Counted from the first letter of the whole stretch, positions 37,710 through 50,384 are shown. The stretch: DNA of 63,862 nucleotides, filler included, from Octopus bimaculoides (GCF_001194135.2; 8 parts of 8 records of this genome joined end to end with filler, not necessarily neighbours in it); one strand, 5' to 3'. Numbers and translations are program-made. Notes: generated by a model not told the origin, from the letters alone.

Positions 37710-37803
37710 ATCCAGGCTACATATGTTTCTTAGCTAGCTGACCCTCTGATGTAATAATTACTCAACGAAGGGTACTTAGCTAGCTATTCATCAGGCCGAG
37801 GAT
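37710..37803 (-). ncRNA. type I hammerhead ribozyme with palindromic minimal stem III and long stem II
   Basis: Minus strand AUCC-UC-GGC CUGAUGA A UAGCUAGCU..AGCUAGCUA A GAAA CAUAUG UA GCC-U-GGAU: intact core, 9-bp stem II, GUA cleavage site between 37718 and 37717. The 10.1-11.1 position is an A-A mismatch. Confidence 0.75.
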
Positions 37804-37997
37804 ACATTAATTATATGAAGGTTACATTGACGTGTGAGAATCTAAAGTTAACTCACCACACATGTGATTTGGAAATATATATTTATATTATGTTTAATGT
37901 ATATACACAGTTGATCGGCCAGTTACTGTATTATTTGTCCTCAAATAACATCTCTTATCGATCTGCTGAGTTAAAAACACAATAAATATCAGCGAAA

Positions 37998-38017
37998 GCG
38001 CCAGATGCATTTCGGCC
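37998..38017 (-). ncRNA. 3' half of a second minimal hammerhead
   Basis: Minus strand GGCC GAAA UGCA UC UGGCGC (palindromic AUGCAU, AUC triplet). The CUGAUGA half is not visible because a SINE and an N-gap lie upstream. Confidence 0.45.
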
Positions 38018-38031
38018 TTGAAATATATATA

Positions 38032-38210
38032 AGCAGGCGCAGGAATGGCTGTGTGGTAAGATGCTTGTTTCCCAACCACATGGTTCCAGGTTTAGTCGCA
38101 TTGTGTGACACCTTGGGCATGTGTCTTCTACTACAGCCTCCGGCCAAGCGAAGCTTTGAGAGTAAATTTAGTAGACGGAAACTGAGAGAAGCCCATCGTA
38201 TATACATACA
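38032..38210 (+). mobile_element. SINE family A, 5' half
   Basis: GGCGCAGGAATGGCTGTGTGGTAAG..CACCTTGGGCA..GACGGAAACTGA. Confidence 0.85.
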
Positions 38211-38222
38211 TACATACATACC

Positions 38223-38269
<47 letters not shown>

Positions 38270-39087
38270 NNNNNNNNNNNNNNNNNNNNNNNNNNNNNNN
38301 NNNNNNNNNNNNNNNNNNNNNNNNNNNNNNNNNNNNNNNNNNNNNNNNNNNNNNNNNNNNNNNNNNNNNNNNNNNNNNNNNNNNNNNNNNNNNNNNNNNN
38401 NNNNNNNNNNNNNNNNNNNNNNNNNNNNNNNNNNNNNNNNNNNNNNNNNNNNNNNNNNNNNNNNNNNNNNNNNNNNNNNNNNNNNNNNNNNNNNNNNNNN
38501 NNNNNNNNNNNNNNNNNNNNNNNNNNNNNNNNNNNNNNNNNNNNNNNNNNNNNNNNNNNNNNNNNNNNNNNNNNNNNNNNNNNNNNNNNNNNNNNNNNNN
38601 NNNNNNNNNNNNNNNNNNNNNNNNNNNNNNNNNNNNNNNNNNNNNNNNNNNNNNNNNNNNNNNNNNNNNNNNNNNNNNNNNNNNNNNNNNNNNNNNNNNN
38701 NNNNNNNNNNNNNNNNNNNNNNNNNNNNNNNNNNNNNNNNNNNNNNNNNNNNNNNNNNNNNNNNNNNNNNNNNNNNNNNNNNNNNNNNNNNNNNNNNNNN
38801 NNNNNNNNNNNNNNNNNNNNNNNNNNNNNNNNNNNNNNNNNNNNNNNNNNNNNNNNNNNNNNNNNNNNNNNNNNNNNNNNNNNNNNNNNNNNNNNNNNNN
38901 NNNNNNNNNNNNNNNNNNNNNNNNNNNNNNNNNNNNNNNNNNNNNNNNNNNNNNNNNNNNNNNNNNAGCAATCCATGGAAACTTCTGTTTCTATGGCAAC
39001 GCACCTGTCACACAATCGCCCACATGAAAACAAGCAAAATGCACACCACTTTCACTCTCAATCGCACACGCACGCACGCACACACAT

Positions 39088-39137
<50 letters not shown>

Positions 39138-39611
39138 CTCATTTGTATTTTTTGTATGAATGTGTGGGTGTATGTGAATTGAGGGTATATGTGTGTGTGC
39201 TTGTGCACGCTTGTGCGCGTGTGTACATGTGTGTGTGTGCATGATTGTATGTGCGTACGTGTATGTGTTTGTATTGTATGTAAGTGTGTGTGTGTATGTG
39301 TGTGTGTGTATGTGTGTGTGTGCACGCGTGCGTGTGTATTGATTTAGATGTCATGCATATTAGGTATGCTTTCTTTCTATGCAATTCTCGGTCTACATCT
39401 CTCCCTCTCTTCCCTTTACCCTCTCTCCTTCTCTATCTCTCGCCCAGTCTCTATATTTACATGCATATGTACATACATACAAACACACACACATACATGG
39501 TCCCCTGTGAATCCCAAAGATAAGCCAGAAAGATAGTCTCTCGTATATCTATCTGTCCACAGAATGGGTAAAATGGGTCTATATGTGTGTGCGTGCGCGC
39601 GCGTGTATGCA

Positions 39612-39662
<51 letters not shown>

Positions 39663-39716
39663 TGTGTGTATATATATATGTATATATATTTACATATAGA
39701 CATATGTAAATATATG

Positions 39717-39739
<23 letters not shown>

Positions 39740-39752
<13 letters not shown>

Positions 39753-39900
39753 TATATATTATATATATATATACACACACACATATATTATATATATATA
39801 TACACACACACACACATATATATTATATATATATATACACACACACATATATTATATATATATATACACACACATATATATTATATGTATATACATATAT
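39740..39900. repeat. compound minisatellite of about 30 bp, (CA)n-TATATATTA-(TA)n, roughly five units
   Basis: Directly visible tandem units. Confidence 0.8.
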
Positions 39901-40136
39901 ATATATATATACATACATATATTATATATATAAGCATATATTATATAAATATATATAATATGCACAAACGCACACAGACACACGTATATATGTATATATA
40001 TATGTGTGTGTGTTTATATATATATATATGTATATANNNNNNNNNNNNNNNNNNNNNNNNNNNNNNNNNNNNNNNNNNNNTTAATTAATTAANNNNNNNN
40101 NNNNNNNNNNNNNNNNNNNNNNNNNNNNNNNNNNNN

Positions 40137-40168
<32 letters not shown>

Positions 40169-40419
40169 TGTATATATATGTATGTGTGTAATTATCTGTG
40201 TATGCTCGTATGCGTTTAGTATTTATTTAGGTTCTTCAAGCTAAGTAGGAGGAAAACATTTAGCTTATATGTTGCTAATTATCTTCGTGAAAGGGTTGAC
40301 TCATCTTTAGTAGTTAGGGAACATCGTAAAGAATAGCCACATGGATTGGGAAACATGCCTTCGGCGTTTGCTGTGTGTTATTAATATTCGCCATTGTAAT
40401 TATTATCAATCACTACACT

Positions 40420-40458
<39 letters not shown>

Positions 40459-40554
40459 GTATTATTGTTATTGTTGTTGTTGTTGTTCTTGTTATACTTC
40501 TTATCATCGTCATCATCATCATCATCCTCATTAGTAATAAGGTGAACTTGTACA

Positions 40555-40715
40555 ATCATGAGCGCGCTGAATTGAAAGTTTAGCGGCATTTTGCCCGGCT
40601 CTTTACATTCTGAGTTCAAATTCTATCAAGGACAACTCTGCTTTCAATAAAGTAGAGAGCCAGTTAAATACTAGAATCGATAGTATCGATTAGCCTCCCC
40701 TCACCCACTCAGCAA
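40555..40715 (+). mobile_element. SINE family C, decayed
   Basis: TTTAGCGGCATTTTGCCCGG..TTTACATTCTGAGTTCAAATT..ATCGATTAGCCTCCCC. Confidence 0.65.
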
Positions 40716-40759
40716 AGTTTAAGAGAAGTGGTCAATTGATTCCAATGACCCGGTACTCA

Positions 40760-41505
40760 CTCGCACAATCACGCAGGAAAATATTTGTGTGCGGAGAGAA
40801 TGCTATTATTGGAAAACGTGTGTCAGAAGCGATTTTCATGATTTTGATCGGGAAATTTTTCCGTTCAAGATACGCCTCGTTCCTGGCTGGCCAACTGAAA
40901 TTAACAGTGATGCCGACCCTCGTTATACGACCAGGATGATCGAAGATATTCCCCCAGTACTCGAATCGAGTGTTGAAAGCCATTTGCATCAACTTTGTTG
41001 CGTTTGCAATTTCCATGTTTTGGTCCCAGATCAACTGAACAAGGCTGACCTCATCCAACGCATTTCTATCTGCGATTCGTTGCAGTAGTGTGAAGAAAAC
41101 GATCCTTTTTATGAAGAGAATATTAACAAGGGACAAAGTCTGGATCGTTTATAACAATGCGAAGTACAACCGATCATGGACGATGCGCAGTGAACCACCA
41201 CACACAACCTCCAAAGTAATACTTCTCCCGAAGAAGGTTACGGTTCTTTCCACGAAGAGGGCCATTAATTCGGGGTCTAGTGGGACGAGTTGGACAAATT
41301 AAACGTAACGATCCGATAGAAGCGTCTAGCACTTGGTTAATTTGTATGAGCATTGTCTTTAATTATGGCAATACCATGCCGTACACTTTGCAGACGCGCC
41401 GGATGTTACTGGCAGGGAAATTTTTCCGACCCTTCCATGTTTGCACAACCTTGCCTCTTCAGATTTCTATCTGTTTCGGTCGCTTCAAAGTTCATTGAAT
41501 GGACA
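40760..41505 (+). pseudogene. mariner (DD34D-type) transposase remnant
   Basis: DPRYTTR..SHLHQL..VLVPDQL..RISICDSL; FMKRILTRDKVWIVYNN..RSW..PKKV; NLASSDFYLFRSLQSSLNG; frameshifted with an internal deletion. Confidence 0.85.
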
Positions 41506-41509
41506 CATA

Positions 41510-41790
41510 TCCAACTCTAAGATGCTATAGTAGAAGACACTTGCCCAAGGTGCCACGCAGTGGGAATGAACCCGGAACCATGTGGTTGGTATGCAAGTTA
41601 TTTACCACACAGCCACTCGTATATATATATATATATATATATATATACGACGGGATTCTTTCAGTTTCCGTCTACCAAATCCACTCACAATGCATTGGTC
41701 GGCCCGAGGCTATAGCAGAAGACACTGGCCCAAGTTACCACGAAGTGGGACTGAACGCAGAACCATGTGGTTGGGAAGCAAGCTTCTTAA
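41510..41790 (-). mobile_element. two tandem SINE family A 5' fragments
   Basis: GAAGACACTTGCCCAAGGTGCCACGCAGTGGG..ACCATGTGGTTGG occurs twice. Confidence 0.85.
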
Positions 41791-42195
41791 AATTGATATT
41801 TCCCCATTTAAAATTTTTTATTTTATGTGTGGTAACAATTCATTCTTAAGCTATATTCTCTTTTCTTTGTTCCCTCTCTCTGTCACTCTGTTTCTCTCTC
41901 TTTCTCTTCCCTTTTCTCTCTTCGCAGACACTCGGTGACTATGAAAAATGACATGGTTCCCAATAAGCTGAAACTTTCGGCCAGAAAAGGGGGCTAACAA
42001 GAAATTGATGCTGTCTCATATACGAAATGATGTATAAGTTAAGACCCTGAAGAGACTGCACCGTTTTATAGTAGGTTTGTAATTGCATCGAATACTAATC
42101 GGCGTAACTGAAGCATGTGTTGGTCTTAAAGGTGGTATATAATTATAGCATTCCGAGTAATCCTTATTTTTAATATAGTCAATGTGTGTATGTGC

Positions 42196-42280
<85 letters not shown>

Positions 42281-43199
42281 TCAGGATTCAAGCGAATCGG
42301 GTACATCATTAGTTAAGCTCCAAGGTCGGATCAGTGATAACGCTATCGTGTACAAATAATATTTGCAAATACGTACTCACTAAGATAAACATGGATTTAT
42401 ACACCGGTCGTGCATTCACTCACTAGTGGCCGACTGAATTTACAACGGGTTCTCAAGGTCGCATGTGAGTACAAACGCTGCAAACATTGGACTGCATACT
42501 TGTATCAAAGTGTGATCAGTTATATATGCATTACGTTGTCATTACGTTGTGTTCGCATGGTTTGTATTAAAGTTTATAATTATGTACTTTTGGTTATGTC
42601 ATACTGAAGATGGTAGAGTGTATTAGATCACTAAACCTCAAATAAATCAACATATGAATAAAATTTTTGAAAACATCTTTTTTGTTCATTCTCTCGCTTT
42701 CGGCGCGTGTCTATGTGAGAGAAGAAGCAGTTTAAAGCCATTTGTTCCATTTATACACACATATATACATACATACATGCATGCATACATACATATATGT
42801 ATGTATGTATATGTATNNNNNNNNNNNNNNNNNNNNNNNNNNNNNNNNNNNNNNNNNNNNNNNNNNNNNNNNNNNNNNNNNNNNNNNNNNNNNNNNNNNN
42901 NNNNNNNNNNNNNNNNNNNNNNNNNNNNNNNNNNNNNNNNNNNNNNNNNNNNNNNNNNNNNNNNNNNNNNNNNNNNNNNNNNNNNNNNNNNNNNNNNNNN
43001 NNNNNNNNNNNNNNNNNNNNNNNNNNNNNNNNNNNNNNNNNNNNNNNNNNNNNNNNNNNNNNNNNNNNNNNNNNNNNNNNNNNNNNNNNNNNNNNNNNNN
43101 NNNNNNNNNNNNNNNNNNNNNNNNNNNNNNNNNNNNNNNNNNNNNNNNNNNNNNNNNNNNNNNNNNNNNNNNNNNNNAGAGAGAGAGAGAGAGAGAGAG

Positions 43200-43254
<55 letters not shown>

Positions 43255-44264
43255 CATAGTGCTGTACATTCGATCGTGAGATCGTGGTTCTGATTTCGAG
43301 GCCAGCTGTCCGTTGTGGTTACCTCAGTCCACTAAGCTGTAGATGGTTAACCTTGTGACGGATTGGTGTATAAAGCTAAGATGGTGACTCACGAAAATCA
43401 GCCGAAACGAGGTCCCGCGATCTCCGCTTCGTATTCAGCGATCGAAAGAATGAATAGTACAACCCGCACGCACTGGGAAACCCGATTGGTTGCGGTTAGT
43501 TTTTTAACCCCGTCGAAGTTTTGTCATGTTATATGAGCTATCGAAGATCTCGATATATATATATAAAAGACATCAATATATCGTTATATATGTAACCATT
43601 TTTGTTATTCTTGATTGTTTTCCTACATTAATACATTAACATTTGTCGCAATATGAGAATCTAACTGAAGTTGTTTTAATAGTGAGAAAACGTAGCACAA
43701 CACACCAACATTACTTCTAGCAGAAAATGAGAGCTCAAAGTCCCGGAAACGTTTATGCTAAGCTGCAACGATCTCTTAAGGAAATCTTGAATAAAACCTA
43801 GTAAGGAATGATGAAATCGAAATACAGTCGTGTTTTCGATAAAATATCTTCTAAAGAAAAGCCCTTTAATGCATATATGAAATTACACACACACACACAC
43901 ACACGCACACACACACATACACATACACACGCAAACACATACATATACATGCATACATATACACACAGACATATGTATGTGCATGTCAGTATACATGTAT
44001 AGACGGAGAAACACACATATATACATACGCATATGTATATCAGAAGTATGTATGTGTGCGTGAATGCGTGTGTGTGTATGCGCGCGCATCAATCTATGCA
44101 CGCTTCTCATCTCGTCGATAAGTATTTGAAGTAATACTTGGCTGAATTCTAAGAATAAACTTTCTATGTAAACTATGAGAGTAAAACTTTATGTAAAGGT
44201 GTAGGAAAGAAGAGTTTAGTAAGTAGTTGTGTGTGTAAATATATATATATATAGATAGATAGAT

Positions 44265-44311
<47 letters not shown>

Positions 44312-45505
44312 TAGATAAAGGTAGTTGACATGAAATACTGTCTGGGCAAACAACTGACTTGGTGATAAGTGAGAATTCGTAGGTTTGTTTTGAAATGTTG
44401 AAACGTATTCAGGTTGAAAGACGAAAAGGGGAAGAAAAGCAAAAAGAGGAGAAGAGAAAAGAAACGGCTTGAGAACGTCGAGAAAAATGTCAGAAATATA
44501 TAAAATGATTACATTTAAGAATACAAATCGTTTAAAGGAAATGAAAGGAAGAGAGACATTAGAATATATATGTACATATATATATANNNNNNNNNNNNNN
44601 NNNNNNNNNNNNNNNNNNNNNNNNNNNNNNNNNNNNNNNNNNNNNNNNNNNNNNNNNNNNNNNNNNNNNNNNNNNNNNNNNNNNNNNNNNNNNNNNNNNN
44701 NNNNNNNNNNNNNNNNNNNNNNNNNNNNNNNNNNNNNNNNNNNNNNNNNNNNNNNNNNNNNNNNNNNNNNNNNNNNNNNNNNNNNNNNNNNNNNNNNNNN
44801 NNNNNNNNNNNNNNNNNNNNNNNNNNNNNNNNNNNNNNNNNNNNNNNNNNNNNNNNNNNNNNNNNNNNNNNNNNNNNNNNNNNNNNNNNNNNNNNNNNNN
44901 NNNNNNNNNNNNNNNNNNNNNNNNNNNNNNNNNNNNNNNNNNNNNNNNNNNNNNNNNNNNNNNNNNNNNNNNNNNNNNNNNNNNNNNNNNNNNNNNNNNN
45001 NNNNNNNNNNNNNNNNNNNNNNNNNNNNNNNNNNNNNNNNNNNNNNNNNNNNNNNNNNNNNNNNNNNNNNNNNNNNNNNNNNNNNNNNNNNNNNNNNNNN
45101 NNNNNNNNNNNNNNNNNNNNNNNNNNNNNNNNNNNNNNNNNNNNNNNNNNNNNNNNNNNNNNNNNNNNNNNNNNNNNNNNNNNNNNNNNNNNNNNNNNNN
45201 NNNNNNNNNNNNNNNNNNNNNNNNNNNNNNNNNNNNNNNNNNNNNNNNNNNNNNNNNNNNNNNNNNNNNNNNNNNNNNNNNNNNNNNNNNNNNNNNNNNN
45301 NNNNNNNNNNNNNNNNNNNNNNNNNNNNNNNNNNNNNNNNNNNNNNNNNNNNNNNNNNNNNNNNNNNNNNNNNNNNNNNNNNNNNNNNNNNNNNNNNNNN
45401 NNNNNNNNNNNNNNNNNNNNNNNNNNNNNNNNNNNNNNNNNNNNNNNNNNNNNNNNNNNNNNNNNNNNNNNNNNNNNNNNNNNNNNNNNNNNNNNNNNNN
45501 NNNNN

Positions 45506-45547
<42 letters not shown>

Positions 45548-47049
45548 ACGCACACATACATGCACTCATAAACGCACAGACACTAAGATGGTAACATACA
45601 AAACAGTCAGACATATTCATATGTATAAACAAGAGAAAAACGATAGGCATAACATTTAATAGACATATATTTATCTTTAATCACACTCACACACGGCTAC
45701 ACACACATTGATGAACGTGTCTGTGAGTGCATTGAGAGTATGTATCTCAGTAATTAGGAGGACGTACAATTAGCGTGTGCTCTCGTATTTATCTATTTGT
45801 GTGCGGCAATTAGGAGAACGAATGGTTGCATACATTTGTGCATACCCACGTAAATACATGCCTATATACACATATGCATAAGATCATGCTCATATATTTA
45901 TGCGTATATAAGTANNNNNNNNNNNNNNNNNNNNNNNNNNNNNNNNNNNNNNNNNNNNTTAATTAATTAANNNNNNNNNNNNNNNNNNNNNNNNNNNNNN
46001 NNNNNNNNNNNNNNTATATATATATATATACAGATATAGCTAAGTGAATATATATTTGCACATATGCATATACACACACACATATATATATATATATATG
46101 CATATATTTACATACACACATATATATACACGGGTGCATGTATGCATGGGTGTATAAATGTATATATGCGTGTATATATATGCATAAATACATATAACGT
46201 ATATATACTTAAACACATACGCAAATATATACACACACATATACCCATACACACACACATACTTCCGATCAAAAATTTTAAATTTAAATTATATGTATAA
46301 CTGCAGATGCTGGCACAAATTTATACAATTATAACTTATAATTTCTATATAAAACTCTCCTTCATTGTATAAATAAATATACTTTAAAAACAAAATCAAC
46401 CACCCCACTAAAAATTATTTGATAATAAAATTACTTATACCTTACAAGTTCTTTCTTGTATTTGTTTTGGAAGATTCTGTATGGGAACACGTGTGTCTTC
46501 CGAGAGAGAATCCTTTGAAACGATCTGTAACCTCACTTTGTCTTAAATGGCTGCCAATAGCAACGATGAACATTGACGAGTAAAATTAAAAACAAGAAAC
46601 GACTGTTTAACCAAGAAGTTAAACAATCTATCGATTAGGTATTTAGATATTTAATCCATTGACTAATAATAAAGTGGAACTGAATCAATGCGTGTGTTTT
46701 TATTAGTGGCGAAATGACGCTCCCAAAATATTTTCTATTCCACTGCCAACCCGAACTAACTGTTTTCATATATTCCTTCGAATCTTCAGTCTCATCTTTA
46801 TCTACATTATGTCATGATTCCCTCAATTATTGCAGACGTTTCTTCACCAAAATTCCTTCACCCCTCACTAAGTATCTACCATTCCGCCACCTTCTATAAT
46901 TGAGAGTTTATTGCTTCAACCGTATCTTACATTCATATCTCTTCCATCATATATCTCGCATTTACTAGGCTCACAAATATCTTATTGGTAATTGTTTTAT
47001 ACGGTCAGAGCGTATTTACCACGCTATTACATTCGAACGCTATACAGAA

Positions 47050-47260
47050 TGATTTCAAAGTTTGGCACAGGTCCGGCAGATTTTGAGGGAAGAATTCAGT
47101 TGAATACATCGACTCAGTTATTTGTTTTATCAGTCCCTGAAAGAGATAAGGGGTAAATTTTGCCTCAGCAGAATTTGAACTGTGTACTTAAAGACAGACA
47201 GATTAATACTAACCGTTCTGTCCGCTGTGCTAACGATTCTGCCAGCTCACCGCCTTATAT
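47050..47260 (-). mobile_element. SINE family C
   Basis: GAATTTGAACT..GCTAACGATTCTGCCAGCTCACCGCC. Confidence 0.7.
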
Positions 47261-47349
47261 AACCCTACGCATAATAATTACTTAACGTTAGCAAAAATGT
47301 TATATTGGATATTTTGCCAATCCGCTTAGTTACAGGGACGTAAACAAAC

Positions 47350-47520
47350 CAACACCAGTTGGATCTACGGACCTGGAGCCATTCGCAGACGACAGAGATC
47401 TTCTCTCCGTGCACAATATGGTACAGCGCAATATTAGGTTCCAGCATTCCAAGACTAAATCAACCCCCATCCACCCCCACCATATTCCTTTGACAACAAG
47501 AATCTGCATAAAGTAATCGG
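47350..47520 (+). pseudogene. possible ancient LINE RT fragment
   Basis: PFADD..NIRFQHSKTK resembles the FADD..L.FN.SKTK RT motif; short and weak. Confidence 0.3.
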
Positions 47521-47555
47521 GGGAGCAACTGTACGAGCTGTCACCCGTCAGCTGT

Positions 47556-47590
<35 letters not shown>

Positions 47591-48902
47591 CACACACACA
47601 CGCGCGCGCGCAAACGCACACAAACACACACACACACACACACGCACACACTTCCGTCATGAAACAACTTAGCAGCTGCCAGAAGATAAAGTTACCAAAA
47701 TATGCTAAAAGCGCACCAAGACACGACTCTTGAACAAAAGCGAAAAAGAATAATAGCAGCAACCCAAGAGAGAAACCTCGCTCACACGATGGAAAAGATT
47801 AAATGGAAAACACCACCACCACTACCACCACCCGACCACCACTCACACCGTCATCACTTTCACTAACATTACCACCACCATCACCACAACTACCACCATT
47901 ATCACAAGCACCACCACCACTACCAACATTGTCACAACCACCACAACTACCAACGCCACCACCTTTTCCCCCACTAACACCACTAGCATCGCCACTGCCA
48001 CCATTAATACCACCACCACCACCACCACCACCACACACACACACAACANNNNNNNNNNNNNNNNNNNNNNNNNNNNNNNNNNNNNNNNNNNNNNNNNNNN
48101 NNNNNNNNNNNNNNNNNNNNNNNNNNNNNNNNNNNNNNNNNNNNNNNNNNNNNNNNNNNNNNNNNNNNNNNNNNNNNNNNNNNNNNNNNNNNNNNNNNNN
48201 NNNNNNNNNNNNNNNNNNNNNNNNNNNNNNNNNNNNNNNNNNNNNNNNNNNNNNNNNNNNNNNNNNNNNNNNNNNNNNNNNNNNNNNNNNNNNNNNNNNN
48301 NNNNNNNNNNNNNNNNNNNNNNNNNNNNNNNNNNNNNNNNNNNNNNNNNNNNNNNNNNNNNNNNNNNNNNNNNNNNNNNNNNNNNNNNNNNNNNNNNNNN
48401 NNNNNNNNNNNNNNNNNNNNNNNNNNNNNNNNNNNNNNNNNNNNNNNNNNNNNNNNNNNNNNNNNNNNNNNNNNNNNNNNNNNNNNNNNNNNNNNNNNNN
48501 NNNNNNNNNNNNNNNNNNNNNNNNNNNNNNNNNNNNNNNNNNNNNNNNNNNNNNNNNNNNNNNNNNNNNNNNNNNNNNNNNNNNNNNNNNNNNNNNNNNN
48601 NNNNNNNNNNNNNNNNNNNNNNNNNNNNNNNNNNNNNNNNNNNNNNNNNNNNNNNNNNNNNNNNNNNNNNNNNNNNNNNNNNNNNNNNNNNNNNNNNNNN
48701 NNNNNNNNNNNNNNNNNNNNNNNNNNNNNNNNNNNNNNNNNNNNNNNNNNNNNNNNNNNNNNNNNNNNNNNNNNNNNNNNNNNNNNNNNNNNNNNNNNNN
48801 NNNNNNNNNNNNNNNNNNNNNNNNNNNNNNNNNNNNNNNNNNNNNNNNNNNNNNNNNNNNNNNNNNNNNNNNNNNNNNNNNNNNNNNNNNNNNNNNNNNN
48901 NN

Positions 48903-48937
<35 letters not shown>

Positions 48938-49329
48938 CATCTTTGTATATTCTCGTAAACACAAGGAAATTTCATTGTAAGAGAGAACGACGAGCTTGTA
49001 CTAGGTGTTACTCCTCGCAATGAAGTACCACTTAATTCCGAAATGAACGTAGCACTGAACAAGGTTTAAACTTTTGCCCTGTTCTAGGTCTCTCCACCAC
49101 TCGTAACAGTTAGTTTTTCAAACTGTCACATCCCTAGTAAAATATCTTATTTTTAGAAACTCTAGTTGATTGTTTAACTTTAATAAATTTCAATTAAACA
49201 ATGTTAAACGAAGTTATTTCCGTATGTTTTTTTAAAATTTTATTTTATTTTAGTGTTTGTCTTTTGGCTTTAGAATATGAAGACATTCCAAGAAAAATAT
49301 TAGCGAATTACTTAGTGACCAGAATTCCT

Positions 49330-49730
49330 TCGTCAGCGGTTTGTGATGCAGCAGAGATAGTTGAGAAGACAATATTTAGTGGAGGTGGTTGAAAGAAAAG
49401 ATGGCAGCGAGGATCTGGCAGCTTCATAAGTGACTTAAGTGGGTTAAACTATGATGATAAGCTGATGAAAGCTGACTTGATAACTACAGTTGAGTAGATT
49501 AAAACTAGATCTCGTTCAAATGTTTCTGAATTGGAAGAAGCCTATTGGATATGGATTAAGATATTATTTTATTTTAAACTGGAGAGATTTTGAAAGTAAA
49601 AGAATCTATAATTAAAACTGAAATAGTTGACATCCAGCTTCGACTTAAAAGTAAACTGATGCATTGTATCAAGTGCTGATGTACTTGAGCAGGGAAAGCT
49701 TTCAAGGAGGGAACGGGTAAACTAAAAATG
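49330..49730 (+). mobile_element. possible highly decayed CR1 C-terminal fragment
   Basis: WQRGSGSFISDLSGLNYDDKLMKADL resembles VQRRATK.I..L..LSY.ERL..L.L. Confidence 0.4.
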
Positions 49731-49849
49731 GTGGCATAAACTCATGAAACACACACACACACACACACAAATACACACAGATACGCAAACATATACCCAC
49801 ACACCTAAACACACACATACACATATATATTCTACTACGGCACTCCGTC

Positions 49850-50010
49850 GGTTACGACGACGAGGGTTCCAGTTGATCCGATCAACGGAACAACCAGCTC
49901 GTGAAATTAACGTGCAAGTGGCTGAGCACTCCACAGATATGTGTACTCTTAATGTAGTTGTTGGGGAGATTCAGCGTGACACAGAGTGTGACAAAACTAT
50001 GACCTCATAG
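49850..50010 (-). mobile_element. SINE family B, 3' part
   Basis: Reverse complement resembles 60300-60450 (GATCGGATCAA(C/T)TGGA..TCGTCGTAACCGAC..AGTGCC). Confidence 0.75.
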
Positions 50011-50180
50011 CCTTGAAGTGGCAGAATAGGTAGAACATCAAACAATATGCTTTGCGCATTAATTATGGGTTTCTTAATGACTTAATAATAGCACGTTGAT
50101 TGTACTATGCTGTATTTACATAAGTTATGAATACCATATACAGTTGTACATCTATGTGTAACCCTCAATATATTGTTTAT

Positions 50181-50218
<38 letters not shown>

Positions 50219-50384
50219 GCGCACACACACACACACACACACACTCGCACACGCATGTAGAAATAGATAAATAGATATAGATATTGATATACAGATAAAT
50301 TTCGGTGTGTGGTGAAGCAATTTTTGCTGAACTCTAATTTTAATTATATATATATATATATATGTCTATTATATGTCTATGTAC

